Position numbers and translations under genes: made by a program | The notes under the pieces: generated by a model | The model's database searches: none | Told to the model about the DNA's origin: nothing | Seen by the model: only the letters and a program-made list of their open reading frames with translations | In this document: piece after piece, positions 35,867 through 47,038 of the stretch | How positions within the stretch are numbered: the first letter of the stretch is position 1 | Layout of the letters: every line of letters starts with the position of its first letter | DNA from: an uncultured Bdellovibrionales bacterium | Lineage (GTDB): Bacteria; Patescibacteriota; Minisyncoccia; Moranbacterales; GWC2-37-73 | Assembly (NCBI GenBank): GCA_964500125.1 | Contig: CAZCMV010000001.1 | Span: 54,119 to 118,118 of the forward strand | Direction of reading: 5' to 3' | DNA: 64,000 nt

Positions 35867-36903
35867 GTTTTTTGTCTTTCTTTGATCAAAACAGCAATTC
35901 TTAGGTAAAAAAAGGCTACAATTATCAAAATAAAGGATATTATAATAGCAAAAGCTTTGCCTATTGCGTGAGTGAAAATTGCAACAATCCCAATAAACAT
36001 TGTCACAACACTAAAGAAAATAACTATTTTAAACTGACTCCAACCAAGTTCAAGAAGTACGTGATGTATATGTCTCTTATCAGGAGTAAAAATTGATTTG
36101 CCCTTTTTAATTCTTTCAACAATAACCCATAAAGCATCCACAACGGGAATAGCAACAACCAAAAGAGTTGTAGCAATTTTTGTTCCAGCAATAATACTCA
36201 GTGCCGCCAATATAAATCCAAAAAACAAAGATCCACTTGTCCCTGCAAATATTTTTGCCGGATAAAAATTAAAGACCAAGAAACCCAAAATAGCACCAGC
36301 CAAAATAATTGCAATTATGGCTATTGGCGGCTGATTAACTTCCGGTTTAAGCGAAAGCAAAAAGATAACTAATGAAGCGACAAAAGAAATACCTCCGCTA
36401 AATCCATCTATGCCATCAATCCAATTCATTGCGTTCATAAGCAATAAGATCCAAACAAAAACAATGACTGAAGAAGTTATTGTTCCCCAAATGTTATCAT
36501 CAAATACAATCGCCTCGCCAAAAGGATTTGGAATATAAGACAACTCGAAGCCAAAAAGAAATATCAACCCAATAATAGCCGCCTGCAAAAATAATTGTAC
36601 TTTCCAGTCAAGCTCACACAAATCGTCCCAGATCCCCACAATAACAATAACCATGCTGGCAACAATAACCCCCAAGATCTGTGATGTGATAACCAAATTC
36701 TTATCTAAAAAAATTGTCAGAATAAAGGCTGAAATAATTGCAACACCTCCAAAACGGGAAATATGCTTTTTATGTATGTGCCTATTTTCCCTTCTAATGT
36801 CGCACTTCCTATTTTTTTGCATAAAAACAAAAAAGGCACACAGGAGCGCCGAGATAAAAAATGCAATAAAAAATGGTAATGTATACAAGTCGTAAAACAT
36901 CAC
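35851..36903 (-). CDS. MraY/WecA/TagO-family undecaprenyl-phosphate sugar-1-phosphate transferase
   Basis: GIWDD, NAMNWIDGIDG, FNFYPAKIFAG, HIHH. Confidence 0.9.
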   Translation of the reverse strand: MMFYDLYTLPFFIAFFISALLCAFFVFMQKNRKCDIRRENRHIHKKHISRFGGVAIISAFILTIFLDKNLVITSQILGVIVASMVIVIVGIWDDLCELDWKVQLFLQAAIIGLIFLFGFELSYIPNPFGEAIVFDDNIWGTITSSVIVFVWILLLMNAMNWIDGIDGFSGGISFVASLVIFLLSLKPEVNQPPIAIIAIILAGAILGFLVFNFYPAKIFAGTSGSLFFGFILAALSIIAGTKIATTLLVVAIPVVDALWVIVERIKKGKSIFTPDKRHIHHVLLELGWSQFKIVIFFSVVTMFIGIVAIFTHAIGKAFAIIISFILIIVAFFYLRIAVLIKERQKTWTRK

Positions 36904-36938
36904 AATAAAAATACGGCTAACAAGAAAAATAACCCTTT

Positions 36939-38630
36939 TTATTTCCTAATTTTTTCCGTTACCCAAAATTCTCCAAAATATTTTTTTATCAAAATTCTGG
37001 TTTGCGAATCAATAGCAGGCAAAGCGCCCAATGTTGGAGCTATAATAGGCGTGAGAAACCATTGCAAAAACATATAAATATATCTTTTGCGTGAATATTT
37101 TGCCGGACGTGGCGGTAAAAGCATAAAACTGAGGAACATTGAAGCAATTAATCCACCCATAGCAAGCATCATCAGATATCTCGTTACAAAAGGCAGATTA
37201 TGCGCTAGAACACTTTCATTAAAAGCAGGTCCTCCAATAAGCAAAGGGAGCCATCCTAAGAGAGCTAGAATCAAAGCAGAAGTGGCCCAAGAATGATGTC
37301 CTTCTAGCATTTCAAAAGCGACACCTAATTTCTTACGCAATTTAATTTTTTTATCCGGCCAAATAGCGCGCATGATTATTGGAAAATTTTCTACACCATA
37401 GGCCCATCTCCTCTTTTGTTTATATTGATTTTTAATTGTTTTCCAATATGTTGATGCAAGTACCGCATCCAAAGAAATTGGCAGGTAAATAGGTTTTACT
37501 TGATAATCCCCATGATAATAAGCAAAACACTTCCAATAAATAATAGAATCTTCACTGATCATATTAACCGGCCAAAAATTGACCTTAACCAAGGTATCGA
37601 ACGGTTCACTATGTGAAGAAAAAGTTACCATTTCTAAACGAGTACTTTGATACATATGCCAAAAAGATGAGCTGGTAACAATCACACGCACAAAAGCGTT
37701 TGTATCCCAAAGATTATTATGATACATAGGCAAGGGTTGATATGAACGCTGCAAGCGCTTAGGGTCCGTTATATAAGCATAGGTTAATGCAGCAAAATAT
37801 TGAGGGTGACAAACACTATCACAGTCAAAATTGGAAAATATTACCCTATCATAAGGGATATTTCTTTCATCGAGGTATATCATTAACTTTTTAGCAGCAT
37901 AGGTAGCATTGGAAGCCTTACATTTCATTTCACCATCAGCCACTTCATGCGTAGTAACCAAAAAATCGCGAAAGGTACCGTGAAATTTGTTCTTGAGATA
38001 ATTAACCTTTTCCAGGCGTTGTTGCTCAGACTCTCTTTCTTCAGTAGCAAGCAATATGATAATTTGTTGATTTGGAAAATTACAATCAGCAATAGCCTGA
38101 ATTGCTGGTTCAATCACATCAGCAGGTTCATTAGCAGTTGGCAACATAACTACATGTACAATGCTGCGCCAATCCCAAATATGATTTTTTATCCTTTCCA
38201 GATCTTCAACTTCACAGGAATACGTTCTTATTTTCAATAATTCTTTTTTAATTTTTCTCCTCTCAAAAAAGGTTATTCTCTCTGACAATATTTCTCTTAA
38301 TGAAACTACCCTTTCACGCAATATAGCTTTATATGCTGTAGGATTGCTAATATTTTGACAACGATCCCACCAATCAATCTTTTTGCCGGTTTGAAATTTA
38401 CGATAGGCAGAAATCGAATAATAGGTAATAAAGATAGTTCGACATATCCAATACACGTCAAATGCGATAACAAAGACAGCGACCCATATCGGTAACAAAA
38501 AAGACAAAGCAAACATGCCTACAAATGTGCTCCAAGTAAGAATACCAGGGATCATTTCCAATATTCTTTGTATTTTACGTTGCTTGGGATTCTTAGTCTT
38601 CGGATCAGGAAAGTCAAATATTTTGTTCAT
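36939..38630 (-). CDS. Family 2 glycosyltransferase, membrane-embedded
   Basis: DCD, SEDS, QKRRW motif, flanking TMs. Confidence 0.85.
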   Translation of the reverse strand: MNKIFDFPDPKTKNPKQRKIQRILEMIPGILTWSTFVGMFALSFLLPIWVAVFVIAFDVYWICRTIFITYYSISAYRKFQTGKKIDWWDRCQNISNPTAYKAILRERVVSLREILSERITFFERRKIKKELLKIRTYSCEVEDLERIKNHIWDWRSIVHVVMLPTANEPADVIEPAIQAIADCNFPNQQIIILLATEERESEQQRLEKVNYLKNKFHGTFRDFLVTTHEVADGEMKCKASNATYAAKKLMIYLDERNIPYDRVIFSNFDCDSVCHPQYFAALTYAYITDPKRLQRSYQPLPMYHNNLWDTNAFVRVIVTSSSFWHMYQSTRLEMVTFSSHSEPFDTLVKVNFWPVNMISEDSIIYWKCFAYYHGDYQVKPIYLPISLDAVLASTYWKTIKNQYKQKRRWAYGVENFPIIMRAIWPDKKIKLRKKLGVAFEMLEGHHSWATSALILALLGWLPLLIGGPAFNESVLAHNLPFVTRYLMMLAMGGLIASMFLSFMLLPPRPAKYSRKRYIYMFLQWFLTPIIAPTLGALPAIDSQTRILIKKYFGEFWVTEKIRK

Positions 38631-38722
38631 ATAGTGTATAACCCATCTGCTAATTTATTATTCTCCTGCTTTATATATTAATGTTATATTAGCAAAAAAT
38701 TAGTATTCCGGTATTTATCTTT

Positions 38723-39082
38723 CTAATAGTTTATCAATATTATTCCAACCGCAGCGATAGCTAACAAAATTTGTGCTATACAGGTTGCCAAAAGCAATAA
38801 ATGAGATATTACTCTTTCCTTTTGATCATAAAAAACTATTCCTAAAATTGTATTCACCACCATAATACACATTCCTATTGTAGGCAAAGCATAAATTTGC
38901 CACCAGTCACCAATCATATCCACTCCGAAATAAGCATTGTAGTGTAAAACTATGGGAAAATCAACCGGTCTAACAAAATAAGCCAAAACACCCCAAAGAG
39001 TCGCATTTACAATTAAAGCGCTTATTAAAGCCCAATGCACGACACTTGATCGAAAAAACTCTTTAGAAAAGAAATGTTGCAT
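38723..39082 (-). CDS. Membrane protein (DUF1648-like)
   Basis: LHYNAYFGVD motif, three TMs; start uncertain. Confidence 0.7.
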   Translation of the reverse strand: MQHFFSKEFFRSSVVHWALISALIVNATLWGVLAYFVRPVDFPIVLHYNAYFGVDMIGDWWQIYALPTIGMCIMVVNTILGIVFYDQKERVISHLLLLATCIAQILLAIAAVGIILINY

Positions 39083-39144
39083 AATACAGGATGTCCTGCG
39101 CCATACCAGCACACGGAGAATCATCCATGAAATTGTACGGCCTT

Positions 39145-39750
39145 TTAATATTTTTTCAGATTTATAATCAGACGCTTAAGTCCAGGAATTTTATTGACAA
39201 CTTCGTCATGTGGACCCTCAAGAAATTCAAGTAGAAATCTATCCAACATATCCATACGGTATTTAAATTCTTCTGAATTCATCAACACAAAACTGATTTC
39301 TCTGCCAACCTCCGCCTCCAAGCCATTCATTAGCGTTCGCAATTTGCCACGATTTATGTTATTGGCAACCAATATCATATCCGCCTTACTTTTTGGATAG
39401 TTCAAAAACAACCCACTTACCAATAAAAGTTTAACATCACCGACAGCCTTCACCTTAGCAAGTGATTTACACTGTGGAGTAGCATTTGCCTTTGCCATTA
39501 AGCTTTTTAATTCTGGATAAAAATGATAATCATTATTAAGTGAATAGGAACGCACTTTCTTTTTAATTTTTAAATTCAAGAATTTGATCTTAGCAAGATC
39601 ATTTAATTCTTTGCGTGCACTGGCAAAAGGAACCATATTACGCTTTGCCACCTCTGCGACTGAAAATTCTCCTTCCTGATTAAGTAAGAAAAAACGCAGA
39701 ATTCTCGCACGTGTACGAGACCCAAAAAGCACATCGAGTGTGTCAGACAT
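39145..39750 (-). CDS. Winged-helix regulator with nucleotidyltransferase-like C-terminal domain
   Basis: LFGSRTRARIL...ARKELNDL; SGLF...ADMILV. Confidence 0.75.
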   Translation of the reverse strand: MSDTLDVLFGSRTRARILRFFLLNQEGEFSVAEVAKRNMVPFASARKELNDLAKIKFLNLKIKKKVRSYSLNNDYHFYPELKSLMAKANATPQCKSLAKVKAVGDVKLLLVSGLFLNYPKSKADMILVANNINRGKLRTLMNGLEAEVGREISFVLMNSEEFKYRMDMLDRFLLEFLEGPHDEVVNKIPGLKRLIINLKKY

Positions 39751-39957
39751 ATCGGTATAATAAATTTATATTATCATTTATATATGCGCCATAGTACAAT
39801 TTCTCACACCCCCTTAAATCTAAGTATATATCACTAATGCCCTTACGTAAACCCCGTCAAAAAAATAAGGACCCGAGATACTGCCAATGATTCACTATTT
39901 GATGTTAAAATTCCACGCGGTATGTTATAATATACTAGAGCTATACCTAATCGAGAA

Positions 39958-42414
39958 ATGGACAAGATTAATAATACACAGAGGGAGCTACAGAAGCAAT
40001 ATACGCCCATAATGGCTTTTAGCAGCGCTTCTCGTAAACCTTACATAGAATCTTTCTACTACGAACCAGAGAACATAGTGCAGCAACCACTGGGCACTCT
40101 TTTGGGTTATTTTGAGGTGCGTGAATACAGTGAAGAATCAGCATACATAGTTAATTTTCTAAATTCTGTATTAAAGAAAGAATATTACATAAATCCAAGA
40201 CGTTCCGTTGGCGAAAGTTTGGATGCTGCCTTACACAAGGTAAACGTTGCTCTTTCGGAAATAGCCAAACACGGAAACGTTGACTGGCTTGGAAATCTCG
40301 ATGCTGCCATATGTGTTTTAGAAAAAAACAGCCTTCATTTTTCAGTATCCGGAGAAGCCAAAATACTTCTTTCCCGCGGCGACACTTTTAATGAAATCAG
40401 CGATGGACTTTCTTCTGAAATTATAGAACCTCACCCTCTTAAGACTTTTGTTAATGTAGCAAGTGGAAGATTGGAAACAAAAGACAGATTAATAATCGCC
40501 TCTCGGGATATTTTTTCTCTTTTCACATCACAGCAACTCAAAAAAAACAACGACCGACTGGATGATAACCAATTCATACAATTTCTAAAAACAGCATTGG
40601 TCAATAATTCCAACACAACCCACGTTGGTGTTGTTCTACTTTCTGAAAAAAAATTGCCCCCTAAAAACAAAAAAAAAGAAAAATTGATCATATCAGAAGA
40701 AAAAAGCACAAACGTCTTTAGTCAGCAAGCCTTCGTCTCTCCAGAACAAGCAGAAAGCATGGCTGACAAAAAAAATACACAAACCACTGAGGAAAAACCC
40801 GAATATATCGATAGCAAAACCGGTCATATATACGTAAAAGGAGAGCAACAGTCTGAAAAATCAGAAAGTTATTTTAGCGAATCAATATCCACAATCTGGG
40901 AAAACATTGCTGATTCCCTACAGCACCTCAAAAACAAATTACGCCGAAAATTAATAATAGCCCGCAAAAGCTTACATAAATCATCTATTCACACTGAAAA
41001 AACAATAGAGGAGCTGAGACCTGAAAAACAAATTGAACAAACACCTGAACTAAAAATAAAACCAGAAATAACAAAATCACACACCACCGTCCTGTCCGAA
41101 AAAATACCAGCAAAAATCAAATCCGAGTCAACTGTCCATTCGGAACCAAAAAAAGAAAAGAAGATCATTTCAACGCCAACTGAAATATCCGCCAAAATTG
41201 AACCTAAAACCAAATTAGAAAGACCCAGCTTTTTTGAAAACTACAAAAAACAGTTTTCGGACGTTTTAAAAGAAAAAACTCCACAATTATCCGAAAGCTT
41301 AATGAAAAAAATCTCAAATTTTGTCGGGATGTTTTTCAAAACTGCTTCAAATACTGTTGCAAGGTTGATTGGATTTATAAAAAACACTTTAGAAAAACGC
41401 AAAGAGACCCAGATAAAATCTTCAGAAAAGAAAGAATTTAAAGAAAAAGAGCAAAAATTTCGTTTATTGCCAAGTTTGGCAAGGCTTAAAAATACTTTTT
41501 TTTCACTTAATTCAAAACAAAAATTGTGGGGACTCATAGCGATAGCAGCAATAATAATCCTTCCAATGATTCTAGCGGCTATTACCAATAAAAATAATAT
41601 TCCTGAACAAGCACAAACCACTCAGGCACCAAGTCGTGAAGATCTGTTGATAAATGAAAAAAACATATCATTCTCAACCTCCCTATCCTCAATAAACACA
41701 CTTACTGATATTATTTTTATACTACCCACAGAAAACAATACTATTTTTATCAATAAAAACAGTTTATTCATTGATGAAAACCAACAACAAGTGCCATTAC
41801 CATCGAGTGATATTATTTCTGCTGCCTATATGAAGGACCTATCTCTTGTATTTTTACTTACATCTGACAATAAAATTATTTCTTTCAGTCCAAATACAAA
41901 GCAATTTAAAGAAAATAGCATTGAATTTCCTTCTGGCTTCAAACCAAAAGAAATTGGCACCTATCTGACCTACCTATACGTAACTGATGCCAATAGCAAT
42001 CAAATATACCGTTATCCTCGCGCCGAAGGTGGTTTTGGCACAAAAACAAATTGGCTCAAAGACACTGCCGACATCTCGCTTGTCAGCGACATGACTATTG
42101 ATGACAGTGTTTATCTTGCATATTCAGACAAATTAATTAAATTTTTCAAAGGAAAACAGGACCATTTAAACTTCGAAAACTCCGCTACTCCTATTGTGTT
42201 TTCCGCCATATATACAGACACCAACCAGTCAAGCGTTTATGTTTTGGATAAGCAAAATTCACGAATAATAATTTTCAACAAAACTAACGGGCAAATTAAA
42301 AAACAATATTATAATGAATCATTCACTTCAGCCACCTCTATAGCTGCTAATGAAAAAAGCAATCAAATATACATAGCAACCCCTTCTAAAATGCAATCCA
42401 TTGCTATTGAATAA
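39958..42414 (+). CDS. Large single-TM protein: PP2C-like N-domain, charged linker, C-terminal beta-propeller
   Basis: Domain pattern inferred from sequence; LYVTD and VYVLD NHL-like motifs. Confidence 0.7.
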   Translation: MDKINNTQRELQKQYTPIMAFSSASRKPYIESFYYEPENIVQQPLGTLLGYFEVREYSEESAYIVNFLNSVLKKEYYINPRRSVGESLDAALHKVNVALSEIAKHGNVDWLGNLDAAICVLEKNSLHFSVSGEAKILLSRGDTFNEISDGLSSEIIEPHPLKTFVNVASGRLETKDRLIIASRDIFSLFTSQQLKKNNDRLDDNQFIQFLKTALVNNSNTTHVGVVLLSEKKLPPKNKKKEKLIISEEKSTNVFSQQAFVSPEQAESMADKKNTQTTEEKPEYIDSKTGHIYVKGEQQSEKSESYFSESISTIWENIADSLQHLKNKLRRKLIIARKSLHKSSIHTEKTIEELRPEKQIEQTPELKIKPEITKSHTTVLSEKIPAKIKSESTVHSEPKKEKKIISTPTEISAKIEPKTKLERPSFFENYKKQFSDVLKEKTPQLSESLMKKISNFVGMFFKTASNTVARLIGFIKNTLEKRKETQIKSSEKKEFKEKEQKFRLLPSLARLKNTFFSLNSKQKLWGLIAIAAIIILPMILAAITNKNNIPEQAQTTQAPSREDLLINEKNISFSTSLSSINTLTDIIFILPTENNTIFINKNSLFIDENQQQVPLPSSDIISAAYMKDLSLVFLLTSDNKIISFSPNTKQFKENSIEFPSGFKPKEIGTYLTYLYVTDANSNQIYRYPRAEGGFGTKTNWLKDTADISLVSDMTIDDSVYLAYSDKLIKFFKGKQDHLNFENSATPIVFSAIYTDTNQSSVYVLDKQNSRIIIFNKTNGQIKKQYYNESFTSATSIAANEKSNQIYIATPSKMQSIAIE

Positions 42415-42440
42415 ACCATGTGGAAGGCATTAAATAATCC

Positions 42441-42466
42441 AAATACCGCCAATCACGGCGGTATTT
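42441..42466 (+). terminator. Terminator hairpin
   Basis: AAATACCGCC-AATCAC-GGCGGTATTT. Confidence 0.75.
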
Positions 42467-42492
42467 TAAAGTATTTTTAAGTATTTCCATAG

Positions 42493-42648
42493 CTACCACT
42501 CTCCTCCGACGCTTACGCCTCCACTGCTTCTAAAAGAAGTTGATGCATTTGTTGCAATAGCTGATGATAAACTTTCCATGGAAGAAGAAAAACTGTCTGC
42601 ATTAAAGGTTCCGGTATTTCCGACATACTTCAATTCAATATCTTTCAT
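42493..42648 (-). pseudogene. 51-codon Ser/Gly-rich ORF resembling a DUF2207-type C-terminal tail (possible remnant)
   Basis: ...FSSSMESLSSAIATNASTSFRSSGGVSVGGEW*. Confidence 0.35.
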
Positions 42649-42815
42649 AAAATTACTAATATTTTTTTCAAAAAATATTTTTTAGCAACTTCACATTATC
42701 ATTTTCCCACTTTTCAAAAACACTTGCAAACAAATTATCACATTCGTGTATATTTTATAATTAAATAAAAAAAACAGCTCTTGGTAATTTCCTTGAGCTG
42801 ATTAAATTCATTTAT

Positions 42816-43448
42816 TTAAAAGCAAAGTTGCTTGAGATCCATGGGATCATCAAAGACAAAATCGGGCTTGAAAATCTCAAGCTGACTTCTCTTTCCCATG
42901 CCCCAAGTCACAGCTGCTGTTTTTACTTTAGCACTCTTGCCAGCTATAATATCGGCATGGGTGTCTCCGATCATAATTGTCTCCGAAGCATCAATACCCG
43001 TCGCATTCATTATGAGAAATATTCCTTCAGGATCTGGCTTAACCATTCTAACATCATCACTTCCCAGAACATAAGCAAAATATCCCAACACATTTTTGAG
43101 TGATTTTTTGACACTTGTGGAAGATGCTGCTGAAAGAACTGCCAAACAATGACGTTTTTTCAATTCTTGCAACATTTCATTCACCCACGAAAAAACTGTA
43201 ATTTGCGGGTCATATATTTCATGAAATATTCTTATTATTTCAGAATAATCACTACCTTCGGGCATACCCATTCTTTCGAGATTGTGTTGCCAACGCATTA
43301 AATTTACCCAGCCTTTGAAACATTCAGCATTTTGCCAAAATTCCAGCGGGTCTCTTTCTAGATATAAAGCGATGGCCTTGTATGCATCATACATAGCATT
43401 TTGGCAGGTTGACCTCAGAACGCCGTCACAGTCGAAAATCACTAACAT
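42816..43448 (-). CDS. HAD-family hydrolase (phosphoglycolate phosphatase-like)
   Basis: FDCDGVL, KPDP, MIGDT motifs. Confidence 0.9.
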   Translation of the reverse strand: MLVIFDCDGVLRSTCQNAMYDAYKAIALYLERDPLEFWQNAECFKGWVNLMRWQHNLERMGMPEGSDYSEIIRIFHEIYDPQITVFSWVNEMLQELKKRHCLAVLSAASSTSVKKSLKNVLGYFAYVLGSDDVRMVKPDPEGIFLIMNATGIDASETIMIGDTHADIIAGKSAKVKTAAVTWGMGKRSQLEIFKPDFVFDDPMDLKQLCF

Positions 43449-43584
43449 GCTTTTGCCCTCCTTTCTTTGAATGTTTTTAAGCTACTGAAATCATTTTTAT
43501 GTTCACCCATCCTATAACAAAACCGCAAACTCGTAAAGCCTGCAGCTGTTTTAAGTCAATCTCGAAATAGCAGCTTCTTTTTTT

Positions 43585-46053
43585 CTAAAACTTCTCCGCC
43601 AATTTAACCCGTTCCATGATTTCCCGGTTGACTATGCGCGCATCACGACCATAAGTAAGACGCGAAAGCTCTTTTAGATACACTGCCAATTTTTCATCGC
43701 CAGGCGTTGGCGGATATGTCTTCATACTGAAAGGTTTAGAAAGTTCATTATTGAGCAACACCCTGGCAAAAAAGTTGTAATTGTCAACATTAACAATATC
43801 TTGAGCACCAAAAACCGGGGCAAATTGCTTTTCCAAAAATTCCGCATCTTCCGGTCCCACACGAAATGAACACATGGAACCGACATTACCGAACACTGCC
43901 TTGGAAATCTCTTCACTCAATTGACCGATAAATTGATGCGCAATCGTGAGCGACAAGCGATATTTGCGCGCTTCAGAAAGAATCTGCGAAATAGAGTCCG
44001 TAGTTACATTTTGGAATTCGTCGATATAGAGATAAAAATCCTTACGCTCATCTTCCGGCATATCCACACGCGAAAGCGCCGCCATCAAAATCTTGCCAAC
44101 AATAACAAGCCCGAGCAGATGACTGTTAATTTCACCAATTTTTCCTTTGGATAAATTTACAATCAAGATCTTGCCCTCATCCATGACTTTGCGAAAATCC
44201 ATTGTACTCTTTTGTTGTGCAATAATCGGACGCATCATGTCATTAGAAATGAATGTGGTGAGTTTAGAGGTAATATATGGAACCATATTAGCCAGTGCAG
44301 CTTCTCCGCCTGCTTTTTCCGCTTCCTTGATCCAAAAATCGCGCACCACCGGATTTTGGCATTTGGTCAACTTCATGCGGCGAAAATCCTCATCCGCAAG
44401 CACTTTGGAAATTTCCATCAGCGTCGAACCGGATTCTGGATCTTCCATAATAAGCAACATGGCGTTACGCACATATTGTTCAAACATCGGTCCGCCAGTT
44501 TGTTTTAGATCATACAAACGGTCAAATATATTAATCATTTCATTAATCACAAACGTTTTTTCTTCCGGACGTGAATATTCCAACATATTTAAACCAAAAG
44601 GTCTCTCCATATCAGAAGGATCAAAATAAATCACATCCTCGGCACGCTCTTTGGGAACAGCCGCCAGAACATCTGTTGCAAAATCACCATGCGGATCAAT
44701 AACGCAGACGCCTTTACCGTTTCTAACATCCTGTTTGGCCATTTCTTTGAGCAACACAGACTTTCCAACACCGGTCTGACCAATAACGTACATATGCCTC
44801 CTTCTGTCGCCATCCGTAAGTCTTATATCCGTTTTAGTACCGCGATAATCATTATGGCCAAGCAAAATTCCCTGCTGCGGAACATTAAGCGGGGGAGGGG
44901 CTGCGCCAGCCTTGAGCCATTTGATTTTTGGTGTCTCCGTTGTGGAAATAGGAAAATGATAAATACTGGAAATCTCTTCTGAGTTTAATATCATGACATG
45001 ATCTTCATCATATGCCCTAAAGATATAATCAAAAGATATCTTTTTTTCCTTAAGCCTCTTGGCAATTCTAAAATGATTTGACTGAGCATATTCAAATTGA
45101 GCAAATGCATTTTCCAAATGAGCCAATATTTCATCGGCACGATGCTGCGTCGAAGCCGAAGCAAGCAAGCGAATATTCACGGAAAAACCAGCTTTATTTG
45201 TCTTTCCCTCTATTGCCTTAACCAATTCTTGTTCTTCTGGTGTAAGCTGAACTTGTTGCGATGAAAAGGGCTGGTGTTGCTGATCGGATGAGCTGGCCAA
45301 TATTTTAAATGATTCTTTTGCAATTTCTTTCGCTAAGGAATTGGTATATGCATCTTTAAGCTGCTTCCCTTGTTGCATCCTATGCGCAATCATTCTTCCT
45401 GACTTGCGCCATTCTGTTCCTGCAGGCCTCAAAATCAACTGCACAGCTGCTCCCTCTTCCACTGTTTCCAATTTACTTAAGGCATTGGAAATTTCATTAA
45501 GCGGATCAATATCCATGCGTTCGTATGTCTGAATCGGCAAAGCATATTTATCCTTTAACTCAAGCATTGCTGCAGACGTGTATCCCCCAGATGTAAAAAT
45601 AGTATAATCGGGAACCTTTTCCACCATTGCATGAGGAAAATAACTATGTACTTGCTTTTCTATGCTCTCGCGAAATTTACGAGGTACTATCAGATAAAAA
45701 GAAATTTCTTCACTATTGGAAGGATTAGCTATTTCCAAAGCCACATGGGGATTATCATATAGAAAATAAGCAAAAAAAGACTTTTTTTCCTTTAGATTAG
45801 CCAAAGTGGTAAGCAATTGTTCCATAGCACCAATCTCTTCTTTCCACACTTGAGGATTTTGCGCTTGTTGCGAATGATCCTTGTTTATTTTGGTGACTTT
45901 AACCACCTCTATATCCATGTTCAAGGAACGATTAATTTGTGCACGATAACGAAAAAAGCTGCGTATAACCAAAAGCACACCGCTCACAAAAGCAACCAGC
46001 GACAACAAAATAACTACCGGAACAAAAAGATAGTTGAAATCAAATGTCTCCAT
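43585..46053 (-). CDS. TraD/TrwB/VirD4-like (HerA/FtsK-superfamily) membrane ATPase
   Basis: HMYVIGQTGVGKS Walker A, YIDEFQN Walker B, SEARKY, AHQF. Confidence 0.9.
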   Translation of the reverse strand: METFDFNYLFVPVVILLSLVAFVSGVLLVIRSFFRYRAQINRSLNMDIEVVKVTKINKDHSQQAQNPQVWKEEIGAMEQLLTTLANLKEKKSFFAYFLYDNPHVALEIANPSNSEEISFYLIVPRKFRESIEKQVHSYFPHAMVEKVPDYTIFTSGGYTSAAMLELKDKYALPIQTYERMDIDPLNEISNALSKLETVEEGAAVQLILRPAGTEWRKSGRMIAHRMQQGKQLKDAYTNSLAKEIAKESFKILASSSDQQHQPFSSQQVQLTPEEQELVKAIEGKTNKAGFSVNIRLLASASTQHRADEILAHLENAFAQFEYAQSNHFRIAKRLKEKKISFDYIFRAYDEDHVMILNSEEISSIYHFPISTTETPKIKWLKAGAAPPPLNVPQQGILLGHNDYRGTKTDIRLTDGDRRRHMYVIGQTGVGKSVLLKEMAKQDVRNGKGVCVIDPHGDFATDVLAAVPKERAEDVIYFDPSDMERPFGLNMLEYSRPEEKTFVINEMINIFDRLYDLKQTGGPMFEQYVRNAMLLIMEDPESGSTLMEISKVLADEDFRRMKLTKCQNPVVRDFWIKEAEKAGGEAALANMVPYITSKLTTFISNDMMRPIIAQQKSTMDFRKVMDEGKILIVNLSKGKIGEINSHLLGLVIVGKILMAALSRVDMPEDERKDFYLYIDEFQNVTTDSISQILSEARKYRLSLTIAHQFIGQLSEEISKAVFGNVGSMCSFRVGPEDAEFLEKQFAPVFGAQDIVNVDNYNFFARVLLNNELSKPFSMKTYPPTPGDEKLAVYLKELSRLTYGRDARIVNREIMERVKLAEKF

Positions 46054-46102
46054 TTTTGTTTCTGTTTTTTATAAATTCCACATTATTGACCATTGAAAAT
46101 TT

Positions 46103-46567
46103 TCACAGTTCTTTCAACATTCCCTTTTCAACAAGCGCATCATGCAATTCCTCTGCCATCATCTTGTCATGGAAAGTATCGAGCACATAGTTATTTTCTA
46201 AATGTTTGGCAACATTGACTGCATGTACGACTCCCTTATTAATTGCTATATCCACCAAATGCTGTACTTGCGCTTGAGTGTCAGCTTTATTTGCTACTTC
46301 ATCGGCATCCTGACTGACTGCAGCCACACCAAATGATTGCTGTTGAGTTTGGATTTTGGACAAAATATTATTATAAGCATTGTCTCGTTCCGCGCCAACT
46401 ACTTCCTTTGGCGTTTCCTTTTCCACTGCCACTAGTGCTATTTCTGCTTCGCTGCCATTACCCATTACATTGTCTTTTTTCAAATGTCTCTCCAAATTCA
46501 AATCATCTTCGCTAATTGGTTCAAGATTTGATTTAACTGGCTCCATATTGGTAAAATCAAAATTCAA
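46103..46567 (-). CDS. Conserved hypothetical protein
   Basis: KGVVHAV...YVLDTFHD motif; start may be ATG 46546. Confidence 0.75.
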   Translation of the reverse strand: MNFDFTNMEPVKSNLEPISEDDLNLERHLKKDNVMGNGSEAEIALVAVEKETPKEVVGAERDNAYNNILSKIQTQQQSFGVAAVSQDADEVANKADTQAQVQHLVDIAINKGVVHAVNVAKHLENNYVLDTFHDKMMAEELHDALVEKGMLKEL

Positions 46568-46662
46568 AAATCAAAATGTCATTCCAAAAATCAAAAATAA
46601 ATTTTTCATTTTACATTGTCATTTTGCTCCGCCAACCGGCGAATTAATATTTGCATTTTGCA

Positions 46663-46983
46663 TTAAGAATTATTAGCTTCCATCATCTCCCTCCTGAATC
46701 CATCAATTGTCTGCTGAATCATATCATCATAATTAGGTATGCGCTGTTTGAAAAAACCCTGCGCTTCCTCCGGACTTATATTATCATTTTCCAGAAATTT
46801 TTCATATTCTGCACGACCTTCCTCGCCCAATTTTTCCATAGTCTCCACAAAAATGCGCTTAAGCAGCACTTCTGTCATTTTAATAAGCAACTCATTGCGC
46901 TTATCTTCCGGTAATGTGTCAATACCCATATCCTTAACTAACTGATCCAGTGCTTGAGATTGATCTTGTGTTATCTGATCCAT
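46663..46983 (-). CDS. DUF5663-like small helical protein
   Basis: GIDTLPEDK...IPNYDDMI pattern. Confidence 0.7.
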   Translation of the reverse strand: MDQITQDQSQALDQLVKDMGIDTLPEDKRNELLIKMTEVLLKRIFVETMEKLGEEGRAEYEKFLENDNISPEEAQGFFKQRIPNYDDMIQQTIDGFRREMMEANNS

Positions 46984-47038
46984 AAAAAATTTTTTAATTG
47001 TAAATTATATTTTCAAATAAAACCCTGCAATAACCCAG